A stretch of 64,000 nt of DNA from a virus (Duplodnaviria; Caudoviricetes), in IMG/VR virus record IMGVR_UViG_3300025601_000007; one strand, 5' to 3'. Position 1 is the first letter of the stretch, and each line of letters begins with the position of its first letter. The notes beneath the pieces were generated by a model. That model was given only the letters and a program-made list of their open reading frames with translations. It had not been told where the DNA came from and did not search any database. Shown here piece after piece: positions 36,786-45,902 of this stretch. A program made the position numbers and the translations under genes.

Positions 36786-38561
36786 TTAAGAGTTTAAATT
36801 GTCTTTTTCACTTATTTTTTTATCGTACTGCTCTTCAGAGATGATGTTAGACAATAATTGTCGTCTCAGTTGTTTGTCTGGAAATCTTACGAAGTCAACT
36901 TTTTCTTCAACTTGAGCATCTTCAGAGAGGAGGTTTTCCATTCTCTCTTCAAACTGCTCCTCTGTAATTATCTTTGACAAGAGCTGCAATCTTAGCGTTT
37001 CTTGAATATTCTTCTTTTTGTTCATTATTTTTTTGTTTTGTGTTGCGTTCTTTGCCTTAGTCCAAACCGAGTGGTTTCTTGAGTTATTGGTTTTCATCAT
37101 GGTTGCTGACATTGAGCCCATACCATCGTTCATCCCATATCCACCACCACCAACTCTTCGCATATGCTCTTTAGTTCGCATGTTACTGTCGTGAGTTCCA
37201 GCCAAAGCTCTATCTACCCACATTTTAGCGGCATTACCGCCATGTAAATCCCACTCTGGACTTCCAGCTTGATTGTTGTCAAAGAATGCTTTTAGACGCT
37301 TCATTTGAGCATGCGTTTGAATTCCTCCGTCCGCAAGGTCTTGGGCTTTTCTTACTCCACTACCCTCGTTACCTCCATTAGCAGTTTGGCCGCCACTAGA
37401 GATAGCGCGACGAACAGTGCTTTTTACGTTTTCTGGCGGAGAAAAAGACTTATTATTATTGAAGCCAAAACGCTCCAGCAAAGCTTCTCTGATGAAATTA
37501 CGAATTTCACCAATACTTCTATCATGAAGGTCAAACGCCTTTAGTTTACCATTTTTATCGTAGCCCATATTTTCTGGACGCATATCAGAGGCTTCAATGC
37601 CTAATGCGCGAAATGCTCTATTGATATCATCTAGTTGGTCTGCGAATTCTTTCACATCGTCTGGGGCGTCTGTTTCGTCCCAGTCCATTGAGTGTGTATA
37701 CTGAATAGGCAACCCTTGCTCTTCCATGTAGCTGCTGACTTGATAGTAGTAATCCTCTATTTCAGAGTCAATTTCTAACTCCTCCATTAAAATCCACTTT
37801 TCTCCTTCAACAAGCTCGGCAGCATAAATATCTGCAAACACTTTAAATACAGGAGAGGTGTCTCCGATAAGCCGCTTAGCTATATCAAACTCGCTTACAG
37901 CCGTTGTTTTTTTTAAAACTCGGTCTCCATTGACATAATATGCCTCACCAAAATCTCCCTTACCCGCCCAACTGATTGAGTCGGGGTCGATGTTGTTTTT
38001 TGCATAAAAATCCTGTTGAGTCATACTGTACTCTGTTGTATTTTCGGTTAAAGACATAACTTGGTCATAGGTTTCTAATTTTACGAGCTTAGGTTTCGCT
38101 GAATGCTTTAATGCTATTTCATTTTCCCAAAACTGCGTGCTTCTCTCCCATAAAGAAACTGCCGTGTCAATGTCATCACTGCTAATCTTTGCAGTTAGCC
38201 GATAGAGAATATCTCCTCTTAATTTTACCTCCCTAGGGCTAATGTGTGTAAGCATGTCCCAAAATGCACGCTCTTCATGCTGTTTAGGATTTGAGTACCA
38301 GCTGATTCCTAAATTGGTTTCATTTAACTTCTCCCCTGGCTTCATTGCAATAAGGCGATAAATTAATGGATTTGAGGGGGTGTCACCAAACCCATGAGGC
38401 CAAAGGCTTTTTATAGACTGATGAAAATCTTCAACAGCACATTCTTTTGCCTCATCCAAAGAATTAGCCTCATCCCAACACCCGCTAGATTCGTAAACCC
38501 CAGTCAAACCCCACTCTGCTACTTCAAGTAGTTCATCATATGATAAGTTCTCGAATCTCAT
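36786..38561 (-). CDS. Polyvalent protein: unknown domain, kinase-like domain and head-associated-type domain
   Basis: AGKGDFGEAY..VLKKT..ILMEEL..DMRPENMGYD..KAFD; IRNFIREALLE; PPENV...QMKRLKAFF..WDLHGGNAAKMW; QLLS.II.EEQ x2. Confidence 0.75.
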   Translation of the reverse strand: MRFENLSYDELLEVAEWGLTGVYESSGCWDEANSLDEAKECAVEDFHQSIKSLWPHGFGDTPSNPLIYRLIAMKPGEKLNETNLGISWYSNPKQHEERAFWDMLTHISPREVKLRGDILYRLTAKISSDDIDTAVSLWERSTQFWENEIALKHSAKPKLVKLETYDQVMSLTENTTEYSMTQQDFYAKNNIDPDSISWAGKGDFGEAYYVNGDRVLKKTTAVSEFDIAKRLIGDTSPVFKVFADIYAAELVEGEKWILMEELEIDSEIEDYYYQVSSYMEEQGLPIQYTHSMDWDETDAPDDVKEFADQLDDINRAFRALGIEASDMRPENMGYDKNGKLKAFDLHDRSIGEIRNFIREALLERFGFNNNKSFSPPENVKSTVRRAISSGGQTANGGNEGSGVRKAQDLADGGIQTHAQMKRLKAFFDNNQAGSPEWDLHGGNAAKMWVDRALAGTHDSNMRTKEHMRRVGGGGYGMNDGMGSMSATMMKTNNSRNHSVWTKAKNATQNKKIMNKKKNIQETLRLQLLSKIITEEQFEERMENLLSEDAQVEEKVDFVRFPDKQLRRQLLSNIISEEQYDKKISEKDNLNS

Positions 38562-38565
38562 TTAA

Positions 38566-39264
38566 TTACTCAATGCCTTTTTTCAAAAGCTTGTTTAATG
38601 TTTCTTTAATTGCAATTGGAAGCTGTGCAGGGTTTCCAAGCGTTTTTAGATGCCAGTTTATTTCATCATAAAAACCCATGTTATTAATAGGGGCACCAGA
38701 TGCTAATGTCCTTTTAATCGCGAGGTCTAATGCTTCTGCTGGTTTAATTGAGGTAGCAACTGAATTAGAACCTCCGTGCTTCTGCTCGTAATCGTCCACA
38801 AGAGAATTCACACTACGTCCACGGTGCATGCCTACAGATGCAGGAGTCGAGTATTGTGATTCATCTATTTTAGCTCTATTCTCTGACCCAGGGTCATGAA
38901 CAGCACATTTCTTCATTTTTTCGTACTCCTCTCTAAGTCTTTGCTCTGCGAGAGTTTCTGTTCTTTCTTTTTTTTTCATATTGCTTTCGTTAAACCCATA
39001 ACTCAATCCTTCGCTTGATGGGACTTCCTCAAATACCCACTCTACCCAATCCTTGCTAGGGCGGTTCCAACTTTCATTGCTTGTAATAAGATTATTTACG
39101 TACTCTTCAAATTTCTTTCTATGCTCAGGAGTGAGTAAAATGTATTCTCCCTCTGGCCATAGTCCTGCGCCTGTTCTGACTCCTTTTGTAAAGTTATTTG
39201 TAAACTCTTTAACTAATGCAAACTGTTTGGTTAGTCTGTTATAGACGATGTCTTTGGTTACCAT
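38566..39264 (-). CDS. Hypothetical protein
   Basis: 232 aa ORF. Confidence 0.7.
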   Translation of the reverse strand: MVTKDIVYNRLTKQFALVKEFTNNFTKGVRTGAGLWPEGEYILLTPEHRKKFEEYVNNLITSNESWNRPSKDWVEWVFEEVPSSEGLSYGFNESNMKKKERTETLAEQRLREEYEKMKKCAVHDPGSENRAKIDESQYSTPASVGMHRGRSVNSLVDDYEQKHGGSNSVATSIKPAEALDLAIKRTLASGAPINNMGFYDEINWHLKTLGNPAQLPIAIKETLNKLLKKGIE

Positions 39265-39725
39265 GTCACCATCCCTATGCCCATGCTTCCTGAATAGTGT
39301 CTAATCGATTTAGGGATTGAGGACTGATACACCTTGTCAAGGTCCCAGGTGGATGTTCCTATCATTGAGTTTGTGGTGTTAGGCGGTTGGTCATCATCTC
39401 CCATTAGGTTCCCATCGTCATCAATAACCTCTTCTAATTCGCCTTCTTGTTCGGAAGATGTTTTCAAAAAATCTTTAATGAATTTTTTGTAAGGAGGTTT
39501 GCTTTCGCCTTCTAGAGAGCTAAACCACTCTTTAAACTTCGCAAACGAAGTAACTATAGAGGCTTTGGTTCCAAAGTTGGTTGAAAAATCAATACGGATG
39601 TAATCATCATCTTTGTCAAATGCTACATGTTCTACACCTCCAACAGTATCTTCAGATATGTGGTTGTAGCCATTGTCCCATTCAGACATAGATTCCAGCA
39701 AGAATTTTTTGATAGATTTTCCCAT
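39258..39725 (-). CDS. Acidic hypothetical protein (SIKKFLLE motif)
   Basis: CTATTTAC 17 nt upstream (39743-50). Confidence 0.7.
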   Translation of the reverse strand: MGKSIKKFLLESMSEWDNGYNHISEDTVGGVEHVAFDKDDDYIRIDFSTNFGTKASIVTSFAKFKEWFSSLEGESKPPYKKFIKDFLKTSSEQEGELEEVIDDDGNLMGDDDQPPNTTNSMIGTSTWDLDKVYQSSIPKSIRHYSGSMGIGMVTW

Positions 39726-39787
39726 GTATAAAGCGCTTTATAGTAAATAGGGCGAATTAGATGAAACCAAACAGCTGTACTGGCGTA

Positions 39788-39919
39788 ACAAATCTCGCAC
39801 TTGTAATCCGCATGCTTGTATGACTTTCTTCTTATCTTGTCCCACTTAGCTTTCGACACTTCGCTCCTAACGTTGGTAAACCAAGCAGTGGATGGAACGA
39901 GTTCAATCGTCAGTTTCAT
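39788..39919 (-). pseudogene. Truncated HNH-type endonuclease N-terminal fragment
   Basis: MKLTIELVPSTAWFTNVRSEVSKAKWDKIRRKSYKHADYKCEIC, then runs into promoter DNA; no second CxxC or HNH. Confidence 0.6.
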
Positions 39920-40142
39920 CTTTGAGGTCTCCAAACTGTTTTCTGAGGATGATGAGTTGCTGCTTGAGGGTGAATCCTTCTTCAACACCTTTGTCAAGGC
40001 TTTTCTCAAGCTCATCATATGTTATACCACTTTTAGTGAATATTGTTCTTCGAAATTGCTCCCAATCTTTTTTATCCATCGAACCCTCTCGGAAGAGGTC
40101 GGATAAGAGTGCTTCTATTTGGGCTTCGTATTTTCGAGTCAT
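39903..40142 (-). CDS. Hypothetical protein
   Basis: 79 aa ORF. Confidence 0.55.
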   Translation of the reverse strand: MTRKYEAQIEALLSDLFREGSMDKKDWEQFRRTIFTKSGITYDELEKSLDKGVEEGFTLKQQLIILRKQFGDLKDETDD

Positions 40143-40163
40143 TCTAATCAGAGACTTAAATGT

Positions 40164-40526
40164 TCATGTGTTTATCCATTTTTTAATCAACTCAGGCTTT
40201 ATTGAGTATCCAGTGTAATTCCCATCACTTTTCTCCATTCGCTTCAAAGGCGGCAGGTAATCTCCCTCTGGAGTTCTAACCACCACTCTACTTGCTCCAT
40301 CAAAAAACTGATGGAGCAAAACTCCTCCATCAGGAAAAATGGTTACGGATTTTAACTCGCGGTAAATCTCACCATCGTCTTCATGATTGCGATAGACTTT
40401 TTTCAGAGTGTTGTCTGTGAAATGGTAAGCGTACTTTATTTCCCCACACTTGTATTCAATGTATTCATAGAGATTTCCTTGTCTATCATACTTGAACACA
40501 CAGTCTTTTTCAGATATTCCCTGCAT
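40164..40526 (-). CDS. Hypothetical protein
   Basis: 120 aa ORF. Confidence 0.6.
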   Translation of the reverse strand: MQGISEKDCVFKYDRQGNLYEYIEYKCGEIKYAYHFTDNTLKKVYRNHEDDGEIYRELKSVTIFPDGGVLLHQFFDGASRVVVRTPEGDYLPPLKRMEKSDGNYTGYSIKPELIKKWINT

Positions 40527-40562
40527 GCTTCTCTGATTTAAACCAAAAAAAACTTGAATTAA

Positions 40563-42614
40563 TCATAGCTCAATATTTGATAAGTCGAGAGTGTCATCTC
40601 CTCGATACTTAATGTCTGTGATTCGTCTGATTGCTATTCCTTTCATCTCTAACCAGTCTCGCACTTCTTTAATGACTCTGTCGGATGCGTGAGTATTGTT
40701 TTTCCCTTTTAAGGCGTCAAATACAATTCCATCATAGTAATCTATTGTCAAGCCCAAAGTGAACCTTAGTTGCTCCCCTTGTTTAATTGGTTTTCCAGAT
40801 ACAAGCAACTTGCAAACCAGCATTTCGTCATCCAGGGTTTTTTGTGCATATCGCCCAGCTGAATGGTCCATTTCCTGTCCTTCTTGAACAAAATCATGAA
40901 ACGTGTCGAGGATTTTGATTCTAACTTTTCCTTCATACTCTGGCGGTAGCTCCTCTAAGATTCTATACTTATCGACAATCTCTGTGAGTGCGCCGTTGTT
41001 TCCTTCCTCTGATTTAGAGAAATAGTTTTGTTGAGTCATAATTCCGTCGTGGAATTTAACGAGCGCATCATATTTTTTTATTTTATTGAAGAATTTGCTT
41101 CTTACAAAATTCTTCTTATGTTCTTCGTCTACAATTCGGTATAGATACTCGATAGCCATAATGGCATCGTCGTAAAACGCAAAATCAAAGTCCTCTACTA
41201 CTCTGTAGTCCAAGCTTTCTTGGATGACTCCTTTTTCGTCAACGAACGCATGCTTCTTAGATTCTTCCTGTACAAACGAAATGACGATATTAAATATTTG
41301 AGTCATCTCTTTTTCATCACATTCTCTTCTGTGATAAATTCTGTCAATAATCGCCACTAAGAATTCTTTCGGATGCTTTTGCATCAACGAGATTAGTTTC
41401 TTCTTGTCTATGAACTTGAAAAATCTAATAAGCTTTTCGTATTCTTTAAATGAGTCTATTCGTTTAAAGATAAACTTAGAGATTGCACCATCCTCAATCG
41501 CCTCTTTTACGTTCATATCACCTTTTTTCTGTCCACGCTGTGCACGGGCAAGTTGAAGAGCTTTTTCATAAGCCCTCTGATTTCGAACTTTTATAGTCAT
41601 CTCCTTCTCGTCACCGTGGGAAACAATTAGTTCTGAGCTATCGTCGGACTGGTCCTCAAGCTTCATTTCTACGTCTGTCTTGTAGATAAAGTCTCTAACG
41701 TTTCTATCTTCCCCAGATATGTCGTCATTGACTTGGTCGATATAGTTTTTTATGAGGAAGTTAAATATTGCCAATGGTGATGTGACTTCTGCTGCTTGAA
41801 TCTCTTCCAACGATGGAAGATGGCATTTCACCATTACATCATACAGGAACTCGGCTCCTTTAGTGATGGCCACAGTGGACAGGTTACTATAGAGTCTAAC
41901 TGCCATGAATATCGACAAGACTTTCTGAAGCTCTCCGAACCCTGTGTCTTTACTTCCTCTGATTTTAGAGATAATCTCTTGCATGACGTGAATTGAATCA
42001 GCATCAGGAACAAAGTTCGCTAGAGAGTTTATGAAGTGGTGAAGATTATGAAGACCAATAACGTATTCGGAATCTCTCGACAAGAAGTCTTGACACACTG
42101 AGGTAATATCACTGAGGTCTATTTTGAACTCTTCGTCTGAGTCTATGCTTTTATAAGTGGCCGAACTATCGATTTTGCTAAATGAGAGTTTTTTATATTT
42201 GACAGCTGTGTCATACCCTTCGTCATCTCTTACAAATCGCACGTGATAATAGTAAATGAAGAGGTTGTCTGCGTCGGTGTCCGTGTGGAACCCTGATGCA
42301 AACGTTTGACCCTCGCTCACTAAGTATTTTTTATCTAATGGGTGGACATAATTTGTTTTACACTTAGGGCACGTTGTTCCCTGGTGTATAGCCATTTTAA
42401 TGTCGTTGAACATCTCTGAAAACTCTTCTAAGTATTCTTTCTGGTCGTCCTGCACTAAATCAGTAACGTTATCTAAGGAGTTAAATTCATCAATATCCGA
42501 TGAGAAGTGATTTCCACACCTGCAATGAAAGTGGTCTTCTTCTTCTTTTTCATATGTGAAAGCGAACTTATTTTTGAGATTTATAATCTCTGGAAGCTGG
42601 CTGATTTGCGTCAT
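40563..42614 (-). CDS. Large PcfJ-like protein with N-terminal Zn finger
   Basis: HCRCG/CPKC at N-terminus; C-terminal FVQEGQEMDHSAGRY...FTLGL...LKGKNN. Confidence 0.7.
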   Translation of the reverse strand: MTQISQLPEIINLKNKFAFTYEKEEEDHFHCRCGNHFSSDIDEFNSLDNVTDLVQDDQKEYLEEFSEMFNDIKMAIHQGTTCPKCKTNYVHPLDKKYLVSEGQTFASGFHTDTDADNLFIYYYHVRFVRDDEGYDTAVKYKKLSFSKIDSSATYKSIDSDEEFKIDLSDITSVCQDFLSRDSEYVIGLHNLHHFINSLANFVPDADSIHVMQEIISKIRGSKDTGFGELQKVLSIFMAVRLYSNLSTVAITKGAEFLYDVMVKCHLPSLEEIQAAEVTSPLAIFNFLIKNYIDQVNDDISGEDRNVRDFIYKTDVEMKLEDQSDDSSELIVSHGDEKEMTIKVRNQRAYEKALQLARAQRGQKKGDMNVKEAIEDGAISKFIFKRIDSFKEYEKLIRFFKFIDKKKLISLMQKHPKEFLVAIIDRIYHRRECDEKEMTQIFNIVISFVQEESKKHAFVDEKGVIQESLDYRVVEDFDFAFYDDAIMAIEYLYRIVDEEHKKNFVRSKFFNKIKKYDALVKFHDGIMTQQNYFSKSEEGNNGALTEIVDKYRILEELPPEYEGKVRIKILDTFHDFVQEGQEMDHSAGRYAQKTLDDEMLVCKLLVSGKPIKQGEQLRFTLGLTIDYYDGIVFDALKGKNNTHASDRVIKEVRDWLEMKGIAIRRITDIKYRGDDTLDLSNIEL

Positions 42615-42630
42615 TGTAACTTAATTTTAT

Positions 42631-42920
42631 ATGATTTAGCGTAAAACTCACTCATCGCTTTTTAGCGTGGGTGAGATGTAAGCGTTTTTTTTATATATTT
42701 ACAAATAAGTTCTTTTTCGTTGTTTGCATAAAATCATAAGCGAAACAAAATATTAAGCTGTGGGTTGGGGACCAACTTCGCAGGATAAACAAAAAGGCGG
42801 TGAGGCGTTGCCATTGGGCAAGTCTACGAAACGCTGTAAATTCTGAATATGTATCTGCTCTTTGCATTTATATTTTTTTTAGAAGCCCTTCCATCAGCTT
42901 GCTGTGGATGGGTAGTTCAC
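42631..42920 (+). mobile_element. Non-autonomous IS200/IS605-family element (divergent copy, 290 bp)
   Basis: Follows TTTAT; left-end hairpin GCGTAAAACTCACTCATC..GTGGGTGAGATG; tnpB-tail remnant GAGGCGTTGCC..AGTCTACGA; right end GGTAGTTCAC. Confidence 0.78.
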
Positions 42921-42943
42921 AGAATATAATCAGTTACTTCAAT

Positions 42944-42983
42944 AAAACAAAAAAGAGACTTAAATTAGTCTCTTTTTTGTTTT
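42944..42983. terminator. Intrinsic terminator
   Basis: AAAACAAAAAAGAGACT-TAAATT-AGTCTCTTTTTTGTTTT. Confidence 0.8.
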
Positions 42984-42998
42984 ATATTTTATTGGTGT

Positions 42999-43255
42999 TT
43001 AGAAGCCTGGCTGTTCAAAGTTGATTCCAGCAATCTCATCAGGCGCTGCTCCTGCGTTTGGTGCTAAATCTGTGAGATTTGACTCTAAAGCAGCATTAAC
43101 GCCACGTGTGAATCCTTTTCCAATGTCTATCAGAACAGATGGATTTGAACGCTCTTCCCACTCAAGCGTGTCAAGGTATTCTTTAAAAGCGCTCTCGCCT
43201 TCTTGGCTGGCATGTAAAGCCTGTTCACCTGCTCCAAGTGTGCCTTCACTTAATC
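42999..43255 (-). other. Start-less coding frame continuing 43250..43939 after a -1 shift at A9
   Basis: RLSEGTLGAGEQALHASQEGESAFKEYLDTLEWEERSNPSVLIDIGKGFTRGVNAALESNLTDLAPNAGAAPDEIAGINFEQPGF*; its stop sits just before the terminator. Confidence 0.6.
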
Positions 43256-43939
43256 TTTTTTTTTAGACTCCATTAGAGTCGCAACTTTCTCAGCCTGGAT
43301 TTTAGTCCATTCTAGCAATTCATTTCTATTCTTGAAGGTAAACCCTTCTTTCGGCATCTCAATTGCTTTAGCTATAGCTTCTGGAACTGCTTCATTTTGT
43401 GCATCTTCGTGAACATCTGCTCCGTTCATCCCGACATTTGTTGCCTGGTCTGAGCTTAGATTTCCTTTTGCACCGACAAAAGTTTTTGTCCCTTCGTCAA
43501 CTTCCTTGTCCATAGAGTTCATTTTTGCTTCGCCATCTTTATCAAATGGTTCACCTTTCTCTTTGGTAGGGTTTGATTTTTTTGAATCAAAGTTTGCAGT
43601 TTTTTGACCAGCTGTGGCCGATTGGTCACTTGAAAGGTCTCCACCTGCGTTAACTTTAACCGCAGTAGACGCCGCTCCGTCACAGCCAGCCTCTTTGTCC
43701 ATTGTATTCATGGCAACGTTCATAGGGTCTTTGGCAGCAACTTTCGCTGATTTAGTTTCCTCGTTTCCACCAATGTTCTTAACTTTGGCTTCTGGATTTG
43801 CGCTTGCTCCACCAACCATCTTGTTCATAACAACATCAGTTGGATTGCCTGCTGCTTTTATCTCGTCAGCCTCGATTAGCCTTTGAGCTTGTCCGTGGAT
43901 GTATCTTACGAGGTCTTCTTTTCTGATTTGCTTAGACAT
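43250..43939 (-). CDS. Low-complexity virion-type protein with internal repeats
   Basis: MNKM/MNTMDKE/MNSMDKE and G.LSSDQ repeats; CTATTTAT at 43971-78. Confidence 0.72.
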   Translation of the reverse strand: MSKQIRKEDLVRYIHGQAQRLIEADEIKAAGNPTDVVMNKMVGGASANPEAKVKNIGGNEETKSAKVAAKDPMNVAMNTMDKEAGCDGAASTAVKVNAGGDLSSDQSATAGQKTANFDSKKSNPTKEKGEPFDKDGEAKMNSMDKEVDEGTKTFVGAKGNLSSDQATNVGMNGADVHEDAQNEAVPEAIAKAIEMPKEGFTFKNRNELLEWTKIQAEKVATLMESKKKD

Positions 43940-44044
43940 GTGTATTCGTTTTGTTTGCTAGAATTCCCTCATAAATAGCAAGGAAAACAACAAATTCAAT
44001 TTTTACGAAACTTTTATAGACAACCTCCGTATATTAGAAGTAAA

Positions 44045-44121
44045 TAGCGTGATGTGGAAGTAAGACTCTCATTAAGTCTTTGGGGGATACCCCTGCTGCT
44101 GTTCGATTCAGCACACGCTAC
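44045..44121 (+). tRNA. Atypical tRNA-like RNA: anticodon CAT, no D stem, long variable arm, no encoded CCA
   Basis: Acceptor TAGCGTG/CACGCTA; anticodon stem AAGACT/AGTCTT with loop CTCATTA; variable stem GGGG(G)/CCCC; T stem TGCTG/CAGCA with loop TTCGATT. Confidence 0.65.
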
Positions 44122-44147
44122 TAAAAAAAATATAACTCAAAAAGCAT

Positions 44148-45869
44148 ATGAATATAGTTAAGACTATTCTACTTGGAGGTATTGTTTACTTCTGTGTTTA
44201 TTTTGGACTTCCAACTTGGAAAATGGACAACCCCAACATGTGGCTTACATTTTTGTTTTGGGGAATTTGTGTCACAGTATTAGGGATAAATTGGTCTAAA
44301 AGCAAAGCCACACCTTTCACTTGGGTAGGGGTAATAATTAGTGTTTTAACAATAACTGTGCTTCTTTTACAGTCGATAGGGGGGAATCGATGGTTAAATG
44401 ACGAAAAATATCGAGATTTAATTGGGGTAGTGGAATATAAAGTATATTCAGATGAGGTGGCTCCAATTGACCAGTCAAAGATATTTGTTATACCGCCATC
44501 AACTGCTTTATTACTCGGCCAGAAGTCTCTTGTAGACCCAGAAGATACCACTGAAAACGTAGTTGGGTCTCAAGTTGAGATTGGTGAGTACGTTCTCCAG
44601 GAGGTTAATCAAGGGATTTACTATGTCGCTCCAACGCTTCACACAAGCTATTGGAAATGGCGTAGCAACAAACAAGGCACACCAGGATATGTAATGGTGA
44701 ATGCTGTTGATGAGAAAGATATTCAATACATAGACACGTACAACATTGTGTATCAACCAAAGGCTTGTTTTGACCAGAACTTGGAAAGGCACCTGTGGTT
44801 GAGCGGGTATTCGACAACTTATTTGACAGATTATCAGTTTGAAATTGACGACATGGGAAAGCCATATTGGGTTGTGACTATGTATGACAGAACTATTGGT
44901 ATGTCAGGGAAAGAGGTTTCTGGATGTTTAGTTGTAGACGCTGAAACTGGGGAAATAGAACAGTACACCACTAAAGAGGCTCCTGATTGGGTGGACAGGG
45001 TCCAGCCATCTCATATAATCCATGAACAACTGGTCGACTGGGGTTCTTTAGCAATGGGTTACATTAATTGGGATGATAAAAACAGAAAGAAAATCACAAA
45101 TGACATGAGTGTTGTTTACGGAAACGATGGAGATTGCTACTATTATACAGGTGTAACTTCTGTTGGGAAAGACGATGCTACTATTGGATTTATTGAAGTT
45201 AACACAAAAACTAAGAAAACCATTTTTTACAAAAAAGCAGGAGCCACCGAAGACGCTGCAATGAAGAGTGCTAATGATATGTATGCTGACCTTGGCTATA
45301 AAGCCACTTTTCCTAAAACATATAATGTTAATGGGGAGCCAACATACATAATGGGCATGCAAGCTTCCTCAGGCATGATTAAGGCCGTCTGTATGGTTAA
45401 CGTTGAAAACTATAATACTGTCGGAAATGGGGAGACTATAGGTTCAGCACTGCGCGATTACCGAGGCAAGTTAACTAGAAATATGCATGATGCTATATTA
45501 TCTGAGGACATTGAAAAAGATTTAGCTTTGCATGTCATACAAAGAATTAGGCAGGATGCTGAAAGTGGGATGTTCTATTTACTTTTTGAAGGTCAGGATA
45601 AAATCACCACTGTTGATGGAGTAAGTTTCCAAGAGGTTTTTTTAAGCGAAAGACAGGATTCAGTAGTTGTAGGAGTTATGCCTTCTGAATCGGAAACAGA
45701 ATCGGCTGTCTATTTTGACAACATTAACTTAGACATTCAAGTGTCCGACAAACAAGAAGAGTTAGAGTTTAATTTAAAAAATCCAGTAATTTACGATAAT
45801 GGTAATGAGACGGCCTTGCCTACGGGAAATAAAAAAGATTCTCGAAAAAAAGGTATACTTCCGAATTAA
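44148..45869 (+). CDS. Membrane-anchored protein with large soluble domain
   Basis: Three N-terminal TM segments followed by a ~480 aa beta-rich domain. Confidence 0.8.
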   Translation: MNIVKTILLGGIVYFCVYFGLPTWKMDNPNMWLTFLFWGICVTVLGINWSKSKATPFTWVGVIISVLTITVLLLQSIGGNRWLNDEKYRDLIGVVEYKVYSDEVAPIDQSKIFVIPPSTALLLGQKSLVDPEDTTENVVGSQVEIGEYVLQEVNQGIYYVAPTLHTSYWKWRSNKQGTPGYVMVNAVDEKDIQYIDTYNIVYQPKACFDQNLERHLWLSGYSTTYLTDYQFEIDDMGKPYWVVTMYDRTIGMSGKEVSGCLVVDAETGEIEQYTTKEAPDWVDRVQPSHIIHEQLVDWGSLAMGYINWDDKNRKKITNDMSVVYGNDGDCYYYTGVTSVGKDDATIGFIEVNTKTKKTIFYKKAGATEDAAMKSANDMYADLGYKATFPKTYNVNGEPTYIMGMQASSGMIKAVCMVNVENYNTVGNGETIGSALRDYRGKLTRNMHDAILSEDIEKDLALHVIQRIRQDAESGMFYLLFEGQDKITTVDGVSFQEVFLSERQDSVVVGVMPSESETESAVYFDNINLDIQVSDKQEELEFNLKNPVIYDNGNETALPTGNKKDSRKKGILPN

Positions 45870-45902
45870 CAGCCATATTTATAACAAATTCAATACACCA
45901 AT

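Noticed and set aside
44045-44121. tmRNA or tRNA-Sec interpretation
   Set aside because: There is no G3-U70 Ala identity or tag ORF, the anticodon loop centres on CAT rather than TCA, and the acceptor stem is 7 bp.
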